Shown piece by piece: positions 30,130-46,100 of a DNA stretch of 64,000 nucleotides. Under the pieces are notes generated by a model that saw only the letters and a program-made list of their open reading frames with translations, did no database searches and was not told the origin of the DNA. The first letter of the stretch is position 1, and the number at the start of each line of letters is the position of its first letter. The position numbers and the translations under genes were made by a program. The DNA comes from Auanema rhodensis (lineage: Eukaryota > Animalia > Nematoda). The DNA is taken from positions 1-64,000 of the forward strand of contig CAXKVF010000079.1 of the NCBI GenBank assembly GCA_964057225.1, given 5' to 3'.

Positions 30130-32150
30130 TTCAAAATTAGATTCCCCATGTCCATATTAGTCTAAAAACAAATTTTTATTGATATTGGTTCATGGTAACC
30201 ATGACTTTGAAATTTACGTGAACTTTAATTTATGCTAATTAAATGTACACGTGATGTGCACTTGGTATGTAACTCGCTTCACGTGAAAGATAAAGAGATG
30301 CGGTTTTCAAAATTAGATTCCCCATGTCCATATTAGTCTAAAAACAAATTTTTATTGATATTGGTTCATGGTAACCATGACTTTGAAATTTACGTGAACT
30401 TTAATTTATGCTAATTAAATGTACACGTGATGTGCACTTGGTATGTAACTCGCTTCACGTGAAAGATAAAGAGATGCGGTTTTCAAAATTAGAATCCCCA
30501 TGTCCATATTAGTCTAAAAACAAATTTTTATTGATATTAATTCATGATAACCATGATTTTGAAATTTACGTGAACTTTAATTTATGCTAATTAAATGTAC
30601 ACGTGATGTGCACTTGGTATGTAACTCGCTTCACGTGAAAGATAAAGAGATGCGGTTTTCAAAATTAGATTCCCCATGTCCATATTAGTCTAAAAACAAA
30701 TTTTTATTGATATTGGTGCATGGTAACCATGACTTTGAAATTTACGTGAACTTTAATTTATGCTAATTAAATGTACACGTGATGTGCACTTGGTATGTAA
30801 CTCGCTTCACGTGAAAGATAAAGAGATGCGGTTTTCAAAATTAGATTCTTCATGTCCATATTAGTCTAAAAACAAATTTTTATTGATATTGGTTCATGGT
30901 AACCATGATTTTGAAATTTACGTGAACTTTAATTTATGCTAATTAAATGTACACGTGATGTGGACTTGGTATGTAACTCGCTTCACGTGAAAGATAAAGA
31001 GATGCGGTTTTCAAAATTAGATTCCCCATGTCCATATTAGTCTAAAAACAAATTTTTATTGATATTGGTTCATGGTAACCATGATTTTGAAATTTACGTG
31101 AACTTTAATTTATGCTAATTAAATGTACACGTGATGTGCACTTGGTATGTAACTCGCTTCACGTGAAAGATAAAGAGATGCGGTTTTCAAAATTAGATTC
31201 CCCATGTCCATATTAGTCTAAAAACAAATTTTTATTGATATTGGTTCATGGTAACCATGACTTTGAAATTTACGTGAACTTTAATTTATGCTAATTAAAT
31301 GTACACGTGATGTGCACTTGGTATGTAACTCGCTTCACGTGAAAGATAAAGAGATGCGGTTTTCAAAATTAGAATCCCCATGTCCATATTAGTCTAAAAA
31401 CAAATTTTTATTGATATTAATTCATGATAACCATGATTTTGAAATTTACGTGAACTTTAATTTATGCTAATTAAATGTACACGTGATGTGCACTTGGTAT
31501 GTAACTCGCTTCACGTGAAAGATAAAGAGATGCGGTTTTCAAAATTAGATTCCCCATGTCCATATTAGTCTAAAAACAAATTTTTATTGATATTGGTGCA
31601 TGGTAACCATGACTTTGAAATTTACGTGAACTTTAATTTATGCTAATTAAATGTACACGTGATGTGCACTTGGTATGTAACTCGCTTCACGTGAAAGATA
31701 AAGAGATGCGGTTTTCAAAATTAGATTCTTCATGTCCATATTAGTCTAAAAACAAATTTTTATTGATATTGGTTCATGGTAACCATGATTTTGAAATTTA
31801 CGTGAACTTTAATTTATGCTAATTAAATGTACACGTGATGTGGACTTGGTATGTAACTCGCTTCACGTGAAAGATAAAGAGATGCGGTTTTCAAAATTAG
31901 ATTCCCCATGTCCATATTAGTCTAAAAACAAATTTTTATTGATATTGGTTCATGGTAACCATGATTTTGAAATTTACGTGAACTTTAATTTATGCTAATT
32001 AAATGTACACGTGATGTGCACTTGGTATGTAACTCGCTTCACGTGAAAGATAAAGAGATGCGGTTTTCAAAATTAGATTCCCCATGTCCATATTAGTCTA
32101 AAAACAAATTTTTATTGATATTGGTTCATGGTAACCATGACTTTGAAATT
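30130..32150 (+). repeat. 5-mer (880-bp) tandem duplication
   Basis: GTGGACTT at 30963/31843. ATTCTTCATG and the subtype-B monomer recur at the same offset. Confidence 0.85.
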
Positions 32151-35100
32151 TACGTGAACTTTAATTTATGCTAATTAAATGTACACGTGATGTGCACTTG
32201 GTATGTAACTCGCTTCACGTGAAAGATAAAGAGATGCGGTTTTCAAAATTAGATTCCCCATGTTCATATTAGTCTAAAAACAAATTTTTATTGATATTGG
32301 TGCATGGTAACCATGACTTTGAAATTTACGTGAACTTTAATTTATGCTAATTAAATGTACACGTGATGTGCACTTGGTATGTAACTCACTTCACGTGAAA
32401 GATAAAGAGATGCGGTTTTCAAAATTAGATTCCCCATGTCCATATTAGTCTAAAAACAAATTTTTATTGATATTGGTTCATGGTAACCATGACTTTGAAA
32501 TTTACGTGAACTTTAATTTATGCTAATTTAATGTACACGTGATGTGCACTTGGTATGTAACTCGCTTCACGTGAAAGATATAGAGATGCGGTTTTCAAAA
32601 TTAGATTCCCCATGTCCATATTAGTCTAAAAACAAATTTTTATTGATATTGGTTCATGGTAACCATGACTTTGAAATTTACGTGAACTTTAATTTATGCT
32701 AATTAAATGTACACGTGATGTGCACTTGGTATGTAACTCGCTTCACGTGAAAGATATAGAGATGCGGTTTTTAAAATTAGATTCCCCATGTCCATATTAG
32801 TCTAAAAACAAATTTTTATTGATATTGGTTCATGGTAACCATGACTTTGAAATTTACGTGAACTTTAATTTATGCTAATTAAATGTACACGTGATGTGCA
32901 CTTGGTATGTAACTCGCTTCACGTGAAAGATAAAGAGATGCGGTTTTCAAAATTAGATTCCCCATGTCCATATTAGTCTAAAAACAAATTTTTATTGATA
33001 TTGGTTCATGGTAACCATGACTTTGAAATTTACGTGAACTTTAATTTATGCTAATTAAATGTACACGTGATGTGCACTTGGTATGTAACTCGCTTCACGT
33101 GAAAGATAAAGAGATGCGGTTTTCAAAATTAGAATCCCCATGTCCATATTAGTCTAAAAACAAATTTTTATTGATATTAATTCATGATAACCATGATTTT
33201 GAAATTTACGTGAACTTTAATTTATGCTAATTAAATGTACACGTGATGTGCACTTGGTATGTAACTCGCTTCACGTGAAAGATAAAGAGATGCGGTTTTC
33301 AAAATTAGATTCCCCATGTCCATATTAGTCTAAAAACAAATTTTTATTGATATTGGTTCATGGTAACCATGACTTTGAAATTTACGTGAACTTTAATTTA
33401 TGCTAATTAAATGTACACGTGATGTGCACTTGGTATGTAACTCGCTTCACGTGAAAGATAAAGAGATGCGGTTTTCAAAATTAGAATCCCCATGTCCATA
33501 TTAGTCTAAAAACAAATTTTTATTGATATTAATTCATGATAACCATGATTTTGAAATTTACGTGAACTTTAATTTATGCTAATTAAATGTACACGTGATG
33601 TGCACTTGGTATGTAACTCGCTTCACGTGAAAGATAAAGAGATGCGGTTTTCAAAATTAGATTCCCCATGTCCATATTAGTCTAAAAACAAATTTTTATT
33701 GATATTGGTGCATGGTAACCATGACTTTGAAATTTACGTGAACTTTAATTTATGCTAATTAAATGTACACGTGATGTGCACTTGGTATGTAACTCGCTTC
33801 ACGTGAAAGATAAAGAGATGCGGTTTTCAAAATTAGAATCCCCATGTCCATATTAGTCTAAAAACAAATTTTTATTGATATTAATTCATGATAACCATGA
33901 TTTTGAAATTTACGTGAACTTTAATTTATGCTAATTAAATGTACACGTGATGTGCACTTGGTATGTAACTCGCTTCACGTGAAAGATAAAGAGATGCGGT
34001 TTTTAAAATTAGATTCCCCATGTTCATATTAGTCTAAAAACAAATTTTTATTGATATTGGTTCATGGTAACCATGACTTTGAAATTTACGTGAACTTTAA
34101 TTTATGCTAATTAAATGTACACGTGATGTGCACTTGGTATGTAACTCGCTTCACGTGAAAGATAAAGAGATGCGGTTTTTAAAATTAGATTCCCCATGTT
34201 CATATTAGTCTAAAAACAAATTTTTATTGATATTGGTTCATGGTAACCATGACTTTGAAATTTACGTGAACTTTAATTTATGCTAATTAAATGTACACGT
34301 GATGTGCACTTGGTATGTAACTCGCTTCACGTGAAAGATAAAGAGATGCGGTTTTTAAAATTAGATTCCCCATGTTCATATTAGTCTAAAAACAAATTTT
34401 TATTGATATTGGTTCATGGTAACCATGACTTTGAAATTTACGTGAACTTTAATTTATGCTAATTAAATGTACACGTGATGTGCACTTGGTATGTAACTCG
34501 CTTCACGTGAAAGATAAAGAGATGCGGTTTTTAAAATTAGATTCCCCATGTTCATATTAGTCTAAAAACAAATTTTTATTGATATTGGTTCATGGTAACC
34601 ATGACTTTGAAATTTACGTGAACTTTAATTTATGCTAATTAAATGTACACGTGATGTGCACTTGGTATGTAACTCGCTTCACGTGAAAGATAAAGAGATG
34701 CGGTTTTCAAAATTAGATTCCCCATGTCCATATTAGTCTAAAAACAAATTTTTATTGATATTGGTTCATGGTAACCATGACTTTGAAATTTACGTGAACT
34801 TTAATTTATGCTAATTAAATGTACACGTGATGTGCACTTGGTATGTAACTCGCTTCACGTGAAAGATAAAGAGATGCGGTTTTCAAAATTAGATTCCCCA
34901 TGTCCATATTAGTCTAAAAACAAATTTTTATTGATATTGGTGCATGGTAACCATGACTTTGAAATTTACGTGAACTTTAATTTATGCTAATTAAATGTAC
35001 ACGTGATGTGCACTTGGTATGTAACTCGCTTCACGTGAAAGATAAAGAGATGCGGTTTTTAAAATTAGATTCCCCATGTTCATATTAGTCTAAAAACAAA

Positions 35101-38100
35101 TTTTTATTGATATTGGTTCATGGTAACCATGATTTTGAAATTTACGTGAACTTTAATTTATGCTAATTAAATGTACACGTGATGTGCACTTGGTATGTAA
35201 CTCGCTTCACGTGAAAGATAAAGAGATGCGGTTTTTAAAATTAGATTCCCCATGTTCATATTAGTCTAAAAACAAATTTTTATTGATATTGGTTCATGGT
35301 AACCATGACTTTGAAATTTACGTGAACTTTAATTTATGCTAATTAAATGTACACGTGATGTGCACTTGGTATGTAACTCGCTTCACGTGAAAGATAAAGA
35401 GATGCGGTTTTCAAAATTAGATTCCCCATGTCCATATTAGTCTAAAAACAAATTTTTATTGATATTGGTTCATGGTAACCATGACTTTGAAATTTACGTG
35501 AACTTTAATTTATGCTAATTAAATGTACACGTGATGTGCACTTGGTATGTAACTCGCTTCACGTGAAAGATAAAGAGATGCGGTTTTCAAAATTAGAATC
35601 CCCATGTCCATATTAGTCTAAAAACAAATTTTTATTGATATTAATTCATGATAACCATGATTTTGAAATTTACGTGAACTTTAATTTATGCTAATTAAAT
35701 GTACACGTGATGTGCACTTGGTATGTAACTCGCTTCACGTGAAAGATAAAGAGATGCGGTTTTCAAAATTAGATTCCCCATGTCCATATTAGTCTAAAAA
35801 CAAATTTTTATTGATATTGGTTCATGGTAACCATGACTTTGAAATTTACGTGAACTTTAATTTATGCTAATTAAATGTACACGTGATGTGCACTTGGTAT
35901 GTAACTCGCTTCACGTGAAAGATAAAGAGATGCGGTTTTCAAAATTAGAATCCCCATGTCCATATTAGTCTAAAAACAAATTTTTATTGATATTAATTCA
36001 TGATAACCATGATTTTGAAATTTACGTGAACTTTAATTTATGCTAATTAAATGTACACGTGATGTGCACTTGGTATGTAACTCGCTTCACGTGAAAGATA
36101 AAGAGATGCGGTTTTCAAAATTAGATTCCCCATGTCCATATTAGTCTAAAAACAAATTTTTATTGATATTGGTGCATGGTAACCATGACTTTGAAATTTA
36201 CGTGAACTTTAATTTATGCTAATTAAATGTACACGTGATGTGCACTTGGTATGTAACTCGCTTCACGTGAAAGATAAAGAGATGCGGTTTTCAAAATTAG
36301 AATCCCCATGTCCATATTAGTCTAAAAACAAATTTTTATTGATATTAATTCATGATAACCATGATTTTGAAATTTACGTGAACTTTAATTTATGCTAATT
36401 AAATGTACACGTGATGTGCACTTGGTATGTAACTCGCTTCACGTGAAAGATAAAGAGATGCGGTTTTCAAAATTAGATTCTTCATGTCCATATTAGTCTA
36501 AAAACAAATTTTTATTGATATTGGTGCATGGTAACCATGACTTTGAAATTTACGTGAACTTTAATTTATGCTAATTAAATGTACACGTGATGTGCACTTG
36601 GTATGTAACTCGCTTCACGTGAAAGATAAAGAGATGCGGTTTTCAAAATTAGATTCCCCATGTCCATATTAGTCTAAAAACAAATTTTTATTGATATTGG
36701 TTCATGGTAACCATGACTTTGAAATTTACGTGAACTTTAATTTATGCTAATTAAATGTACACGTGATGTGCACTTGGTATGTAACTCGCTTCACGTGAAA
36801 GATAAAGAGATGCGGTTTTCAAAATTAGATTCCCCATGTCCATATTAGTCTAAAAACAAATTTTTATTGATATTGGTTCATGGTAACCATGATTTTGAAA
36901 TTTACGTGAACTTTAATTTATGCTAATTAAATGTACACGTGATGTGCACTTGGTATGTAACTCGCTTCACGTGAAAGATAAAGAGATGCGGTTTTCAAAA
37001 TTAGATTCCCCATGTCCATATTAGTCTAAAAACAAATTTTTATTGATATTGGTTCATGGTAACCATGACTTTGAAATTTACGTGAACTTTAATTTATGCT
37101 AATTAAATGTACACGTGATGTGCACTTGGTATGTAACTCGCTTCACGTGAAAGATAAAGAGATGCGGTTTTTAAAATTAGATTCCCCATGTTCATATTAG
37201 TCTAAAAACAAATTTTTATTGATATTGGTTCATGGTAACCATGACTTTGAAATTTACGTGAACTTTAATTTATGCTAATTAAATGTACACGTGATGTGCA
37301 CTTGGTATGTAACTCACTTCACGTGAAAGATAAAGAGATGCGGTTTTCAAAATTAGATTCCCCATGTCCATATTAGTCTAAAAACAAATTTTTATTGATA
37401 TTGGTTCATGGTAACCATGATTTTGAAATTTACGTGAACTTTAATTTATGCTAATTAAATGTACACGTGATGTGCACTTGGTATGTAACTCGCTTCACGT
37501 GAAAGATAAAGAGATGCGGTTTTCAAAATTAGATTCTTCATGTCCATATTAGTCTAAAAACAAATTTTTATTGATATTGGTGCATGGTAACCATGACTTT
37601 GAAATTTACGTGAACTTTAATTTATGCTAATTAAATGTACACGTGATGTGCACTTGGTATGTAACTCGCTTCACGTGAAAGATAAAGAGATGCGGTTTTC
37701 AAAATTAGATTCCCCATGTCCATATTAGTCTAAAAACAAATTTTTATTGATATTGGTTCATGGTAACCATGATTTTGAAATTTACGTGAACTTTAATTTA
37801 TGCTAATTAAATGTACACGTGATGTGCACTTGGTATGTAACTCGCTTCACGTGAAAGATAAAGAGATGCGGTTTTCAAAATTAGATTCCCCATGTCCATA
37901 TTAGTCTAAAAACAAATTTTTATTGATATTGGTTCATGGTAACCATGACTTTGAAATTTACGTGAACTTTAATTTATGCTAATTAAATGTACACGTGATG
38001 TGCACTTGGTATGTAACTCGCTTCACGTGAAAGATAAAGAGATGCGGTTTTTAAAATTAGATTCCCCATGTTCATATTAGTCTAAAAACAAATTTTTATT

Positions 38101-40049
38101 GATATTGGTTCATGGTAACCATGACTTTGAAATTTACGTGAACTTTAATTTATGCTAATTAAATGTACACGTGATGTGCACTTGGTATGTAACTCACTTC
38201 ACGTGAAAGATAAAGAGATGCGGTTTTCAAAATTAGATTCCCCATGTCCATATTAGTCTAAAAACAAATTTTTATTGATATTGGTTCATGGTAACCATGA
38301 CTTTGAAATTTACGTGAACTTTAATTTATGCTAATTAAATGTACACGTGATGTGCACTTGGTATGTAACTCGCTTCACGTGAAAGATAAAGAGATGCGGT
38401 TTTCAAAATTAGATTCCCCATGTCCATATTAGTCTAAAAACAAATTTTTATTGATATTGGTTCATGGTAACCATGACTTTGAAATTTACGTGAACTTTAA
38501 TTTATGCTAATTAAATGTACACGTGATGTGCACTTGGTATGTAACTCGCTTCACGTGAAAGATATAGAGATGCGGTTTTCAAAATTAGATTCCCCATGTC
38601 CATATTAGTCTAAAAACAAATTTTTATTGATATTGGTTCATGGTAACCATGACTTTGAAATTTACGTGAACTTTAATTTATGCTAATTAAATGTACACGT
38701 GATGTGCACTTGGTATGTAACTCGCTTCACGTGAAAGATAAAGAGATGCGGTTTTCAAAATTAGATTCCCCATGTCCATATTAGTCTAAAAACAAATTTT
38801 TATTGATATTGGTTCATGGTAACCATGACTTTGAAATTTACGTGAACTTTAATTTATGCTAATTAAATGTACACGTGATGTGCACTTGGTATGTAACTCG
38901 CTTCACGTGAAAGATAAAGAGATGCGGTTTTCAAAATTAGAATCCCCATGTCCATATTAGTCTAAAAACAAATTTTTATTGATATTAATTCATGATAACC
39001 ATGATTTTGAAATTTACGTGAACTTTAATTTATGCTAATTAAATGTACACGTGATGTGCACTTGGTATGTAACTCGCTTCACGTGAAAGATAAAGAGATG
39101 CGGTTTTCAAAATTAGATTCCCCATGTCCATATTAGTCTAAAAACAAATTTTTATTGATATTGGTGCATGGTAACCATGACTTTGAAATTTACGTGAACT
39201 TTAATTTATGCTAATTAAATGTACACGTGATGTGCACTTGGTATGTAACTCGCTTCACGTGAAAGATAAAGAGATGCGGTTTTCAAAATTAGATTCCCCA
39301 TGTCCATATTAGTCTAAAAACAAATTTTTATTGATATTGGTGCATGGTAACCATGACTTTGAAATTTACGTGAACTTTAATTTATGCTAATTAAATGTAC
39401 ACGTGATGTGCACTTGGTATGTAACTCGCTTCACGTGAAAGATAAAGAGAAGCGGTTTTCAAAATTAGATTCCCCATGTCCATATTAGTCTAAAAACAAA
39501 TTTTTATTGATATTGGTTCAGGGTAACCATGACTTTGAAATTTACGTGAACTTTAATTTATGCTAATTAAATGTACACGTGATGTGCACTTGGTATGTAA
39601 CTCGCTTCACGTGAAAGATAAAAAGATGCGGTTTTCAAAATTAGATTCCCCATGTCCATATTAGTCTAAAAACAAATTTTTATTGATATTGGTGCATGGT
39701 AACCATGACTTTGAAATTTACGTGAACTTTAATTTATGCTAATTAAATGTACACGTGATGTGCACTTGGTATGTAACTCGCTTCACGTGAAAGATAAAGA
39801 GATGCGGTTTTCAAAATTAGATTCCCCATGTCCATATTAGTCTAAAAACAAATTTTTATTGATATTGGTTCATGGTAACCATGACTTTGAAATTTACGTG
39901 AACTTTAATTTATGCTAATTAAATGTACACGTGATGTGCACTTGGTATGTAACTCGCTTCACGTGAAAGATAAAGAGATGAGGTTTTCAAAATTAGATTC
40001 CCCATGTTCATATTAGTCTAAAAACAAATTTTTATTGATATTGGTTCAT

Positions 40050-43000
40050 GGTAACCATGACTTTGAAATTTACGTGAACTTTAATTTATGCTAATTAAAT
40101 GTACACGTGATGTGCACTTGGTATGTAACTCGCTTCACGTGAAAGATAAAGAGATGCGGTTTTCAAAATTAGATTCCCCATGTCCATATTAGTCTAAAAA
40201 CAAATTTTTATTGATATTGGTTCATGGTAACCATGACTTTGAAATTTACGTGAACTTTAATTTATGCTAATTAAATGTACACGTGATGTGCACTTGGTAT
40301 GTAACTCGCTTCACGTGAAAGATAAAGAGATGCGGTTTTCAAAATTAGATTCCCCATGTCCATATTAGTCTAAAAACAAATTTTTATTGATATTGGTTCA
40401 TGGTAACCATGACTTTGAAATTTACGTGAACTTTAATTTATGCTAATTAAATGTACACGTGATGTGCACTTGGTATGTAACTCGCTTCACGTGAAAGATA
40501 AAAAGATGCGGTTTTCAAAATTAGATTCCCCATGTCCATATTAATCTAAAAACAAATTTTTATTGATATTGGTTCATGGTAACCATGACTTTGAAATTTA
40601 CGTGAACTTTAATTTATGCTAATTAAATGTACACGTGATGTGCACTTGGTATGTAACTCGCTTCACGTGAAAGATAAAGAGATGCGGTTTTCAAAATTAG
40701 ATTCCCCATGTCCATATTAGTCTAAAAACGAATTTTTATTGATATTGGTTCATGGTAACCATGACTTTGAAATTTACGTGAACTTTAATTTATGCTAATT
40801 AAATGTACACGTGATGTGCACTTGGTATGTAACTCGCTTCACGTGAAAGATAAAGAGATGCGGTTTTCAAAATTAGATTCCCCATGTCCATATTAGTCTA
40901 AAAACAAATTTTTATTGATATTGGTGCATGGTAACCATGACTTTGAAATTTACGTGAACTTTAATTTATGCTAATTAAATGTACACGTGATGTGCACTTG
41001 GTATGTAACTCGCTTCACGTGAAAGATAAAGAGATGCGGTTTTCAAAATTAGATTCCCCATGTCCATATTAGTCTAAAAACAAATTTTTATTGATATTGG
41101 TTCATGGTAACCATGACTTTGAAATTTACGTGAACTTTAATTTATGCTAATTAAATGTACACGTGATGTGCACTTGGTATGTAACTCGCTTCACGTGAAA
41201 GATAAAGAGATGCGGTTTTCAAAATTAGATTCCCCATGTCCATATTAGTCTAAAAACAAATTTTTATTGATATTGGTTCATGGTAACCATGACTTTGAAA
41301 TTTACGTGAACTTTAATTTATGCTAATTAAATGTACACGTGATGTGCACTTGGTATGTAACTCGCTTCACGTGAAAGATAAAGAGATGCGGTTTTCAAAA
41401 TTAGATTCCCCATGTCCATATTAGTCTAAAAACAAATTTTTATTGATATTGGTTCATGGTAACCATGACTTTGAAATTTACGTGAACTTTAATTTATGCT
41501 AATTAAATGTACACGTGATGTGCACTTGGTATGTAACTCGCTTCACGTGAAAGATAAAAAGATGCGGTTTTCAAAATTAGATTCCCCATGTCCATATTAA
41601 TCTAAAAACAAATTTTTATTGATATTGGTTCATGGTAACCATGACTTTGAAATTTACGTGAACTTTAATTTATGCTAATTAAATGTACACGTGATGTGCA
41701 CTTGGTATGTAACTCGCTTCACGTGAAAGATAAAGAGATGCGGTTTTCAAAATTAGATTCCCCATGTCCATATTAGTCTAAAAACGAATTTTTATTGATA
41801 TTGGTTCATGGTAACCATGACTTTGAAATTTACGTGAACTTTAATTTATGCTAATTAAATGTACACGTGATGTGCACTTGGTATGTAACTCGCTTCACGT
41901 GAAAGATAAAGAGATGCGGTTTTCAAAATTAGATTCCCCATGTCCATATTAGTCTAAAAACAAATTTTTATTGATATTGGTGCATGGTAACCATGACTTT
42001 GAAATTTACGTGAACTTTAATTTATGCTAATTAAATGTACACGTGATGTGCACTTGGTATGTAACTCGCTTCACGTGAAAGATAAAGAGATGCGGTTTTT
42101 AAAATTAGATTCCCCATGTTCATATTAGTCTAAAAACAAATTTTTATTGATATTGGTTCATGGTAACCATGACTTTGAAATTTACGTGAACTTTAATTTA
42201 TGCTAATTAAATGTACACGTGATGTGCACTTGGTATGTAACTCGCTTCACGTGAAAGATAAAGAGAAGCGGTTTTCAAAATTAGATTCCCCATGTCCATA
42301 TTAGTCTAAAAACAAATTTTTATTGATATTGGTTCAGGGTAACCATGACTTTGAAATTTACGTGAACTTTAATTTATGCTAATTAAATGTACACGTGATG
42401 TGCACTTGGTATGTAACTCGCTTCACGTGAAAGATAAAAAGATGCGGTTTTCAAAATTAGATTCCCCATGTCCATATTAGTCTAAAAACAAATTTTTATT
42501 GATATTGGTTCATGGTAACCATGACTTTGAAATTTACGTGAACTTTAATTTATGCTAATTAAATGTACACGTGATGTGCACTTGGTATGTAACTCGCTTC
42601 ACGTGAAAGATAAAGAGATGCGGTTTTCAAAATTAGATTCCCCATGTCCATATTAGTCTAAAAACAAATTTTTATTGATATTGGTTCATGGTAACCATGA
42701 CTTTGAAATTTACGTGAACTTTAATTTATGCTAATTAAATGTACACGTGATGTGCACTTGGTATGTAACTCGCTTCACGTGAAAGATAAAGAGATGCGGT
42801 TTTCAAAATTAGATTCCCCATGTCCATATTAGTCTAAAAACAAATTTTTATTGATATTGGTTCATGGTAACCATGACTTTGAAATTTACGTGAACTTTAA
42901 TTTATGCTAATTAAATGTACACGTGATGTGCACTTGGTATGTAACTCGCTTCACGTGAAAGATAAAAAGATGCGGTTTTCAAAATTAGATTCCCCATGTC

Positions 43001-46000
43001 CATATTAATCTAAAAACAAATTTTTATTGATATTGGTTCATGGTAACCATGACTTTGAAATTTACGTGAACTTTAATTTATGCTAATTAAATGTACACGT
43101 GATGTGCACTTGGTATGTAACTCGCTTCACGTGAAAGATAAAGAGATGCGGTTTTCAAAATTAGATTCCCCATGTCCATATTAGTCTAAAAACGAATTTT
43201 TATTGATATTGGTTCATGGTAACCATGACTTTGAAATTTACGTGAACTTTAATTTATGCTAATTAAATGTACACGTGATGTGCACTTGGTATGTAACTCG
43301 CTTCACGTGAAAGATAAAGAGATGCGGTTTTCAAAATTAGATTCCCCATGTCCATATTAGTCTAAAAACAAATTTTTATTGATATTGGTGCATGGTAACC
43401 ATGACTTTGAAATTTACGTGAACTTTAATTTATGCTAATTAAATGTACACGTGATGTGCACTTGGTATGTAACTCGCTTCACGTGAAAGATAAAGAGATG
43501 CGGTTTTCAAAATTAGATTCCCCATGTCCATATTAGTCTAAAAACAAATTTTTATTGATATTGGTTCATGGTAACCATGACTTTGAAATTTACGTGAACT
43601 TTAATTTATGCTAATTAAATGTACACGTGATGTGCACTTGGTATGTAACTCGCTTCACGTGAAAGATAAAGAGATGCGGTTTTCAAAATTAGATTCCCCA
43701 TGTCCATATTAGTCTAAAAACAAATTTTTATTGATATTGGTTCATGGTAACCATGACTTTGAAATTTACGTGAACTTTAATTTATGCTAATTAAATGTAC
43801 ACGTGATGTGCACTTGGTATGTAACTCGCTTCACGTGAAAGATAAAGAGATGCGGTTTTCAAAATTAGATTCCCCATGTCCATATTAGTCTAAAAACAAA
43901 TTTTTATTGATATTGGTTCATGGTAACCATGACTTTGAAATTTACGTGAACTTTAATTTATGCTAATTAAATGTACACGTGATGTGCACTTGGTATGTAA
44001 CTCGCTTCACGTGAAAGATAAAAAGATGCGGTTTTCAAAATTAGATTCCCCATGTCCATATTAATCTAAAAACAAATTTTTATTGATATTGGTTCATGGT
44101 AACCATGACTTTGAAATTTACGTGAACTTTAATTTATGCTAATTAAATGTACACGTGATGTGCACTTGGTATGTAACTCGCTTCACGTGAAAGATAAAGA
44201 GATGCGGTTTTCAAAATTAGATTCCCCATGTCCATATTAGTCTAAAAACGAATTTTTATTGATATTGGTTCATGGTAACCATGACTTTGAAATTTACGTG
44301 AACTTTAATTTATGCTAATTAAATGTACACGTGATGTGCACTTGGTATGTAACTCGCTTCACGTGAAAGATAAAGAGATGCGGTTTTCAAAATTAGATTC
44401 CCCATGTCCATATTAGTCTAAAAACAAATTTTTATTGATATTGGTGCATGGTAACCATGACTTTGAAATTTACGTGAACTTTAATTTATGCTAATTAAAT
44501 GTACACGTGATGTGCACTTGGTATGTAACTCGCTTCACGTGAAAGATAAAGAGATGCGGTTTTTAAAATTAGATTCCCCATGTTCATATTAGTCTAAAAA
44601 CAAATTTTTATTGATATTGGTTCATGGTAACCATGACTTTGAAATTTACGTGAACTTTAATTTATGCTAATTAAATGTACACGTGATGTGCACTTGGTAT
44701 GTAACTCGCTTCACGTGAAAGATAAAGAGAAGCGGTTTTCAAAATTAGATTCCCCATGTCCATATTAGTCTAAAAACAAATTTTTATTGATATTGGTTCA
44801 GGGTAACCATGACTTTGAAATTTACGTGAACTTTAATTTATGCTAATTAAATGTACACGTGATGTGCACTTGGTATGTAACTCGCTTCACGTGAAAGATA
44901 AAAAGATGCGGTTTTCAAAATTAGATTCCCCATGTCCATATTAGTCTAAAAACAAATTTTTATTGATATTGGTTCATGGTAACCATGACTTTGAAATTTA
45001 CGTGAACTTTAATTTATGCTAATTAAATGTACACGTGATGTGCACTTGGTATGTAACTCGCTTCACGTGAAAGATAAAGAGATGCGGTTTTCAAAATTAG
45101 ATTCCCCATGTCCATATTAGTCTAAAAACAAATTTTTATTGATATTGGTTCATGGTAACCATGACTTTGAAATTTACGTGAACTTTAATTTATGCTAATT
45201 AAATGTACACGTGATGTGCACTTGGTATGTAACTCGCTTCACGTGAAAGATAAAGAGATGCGGTTTTCAAAATTAGATTCCCCATGTCCATATTAGTCTA
45301 AAAACAAATTTTTATTGATATTGGTTCATGGTAACCATGACTTTGAAATTTACGTGAACTTTAATTTATGCTAATTAAATGTACACGTGATGTGCACTTG
45401 GTATGTAACTCGCTTCACGTGAAAGATAAAGAGATGCGGTTTTCAAAATTAGATTCCCCATGTCCATATTAATCTAAAAACAAATTTTTATTGATATTGG
45501 TTCATGGTAACCATGACTTTGAAATTTACGTGAACTTTAATTTATGCTAATTAAATGTACACGTGATGTGCACTTGGTATGTAACTCGCTTCACGTGAAA
45601 GATAAAGAGATGCGGTTTTCAAAATTAGATTCCCCATGTCCATATTAGTCTAAAAACGAATTTTTATTGATATTGGTTCATGGTAACCATGACTTTGAAA
45701 TTTACGTGAACTTTAATTTATGCTAATTAAATGTACACGTGATGTGCACTTGGTATGTAACTCGCTTCACGTGAAAGATAAAGAGATGCGGTTTTCAAAA
45801 TTAGATTCCCCATGTCCATATTAGTCTAAAAACAAATTTTTATTGATATTGGTGCATGGTAACCATGACTTTGAAATTTACGTGAACTTTAATTTATGCT
45901 AATTAAATGTACACGTGATGTGCACTTGGTATGTAACTCGCTTCACGTGAAAGATAAAGAGATGCGGTTTTTAAAATTAGATTCCCCATGTTCATATTAG

Positions 46001-46100
46001 TCTAAAAACAAATTTTTATTGATATTGGTTCATGGTAACCATGACTTTGAAATTTACGTGAACTTTAATTTATGCTAATTAAATGTACACGTGATGTGCA
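40050..46100 (+). repeat. 14-mer (2464-bp) higher-order repeat composed of related 6-mer and 8-mer subunits, ~2.5 copies
   Basis: AAAACGAAT marker at 40730, 41786, 43194, 44250, 45658 (spacings 1056, 1408, 1056, 1408). TTCAGGGTAACC at 42337/44801. Confidence 0.92.
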
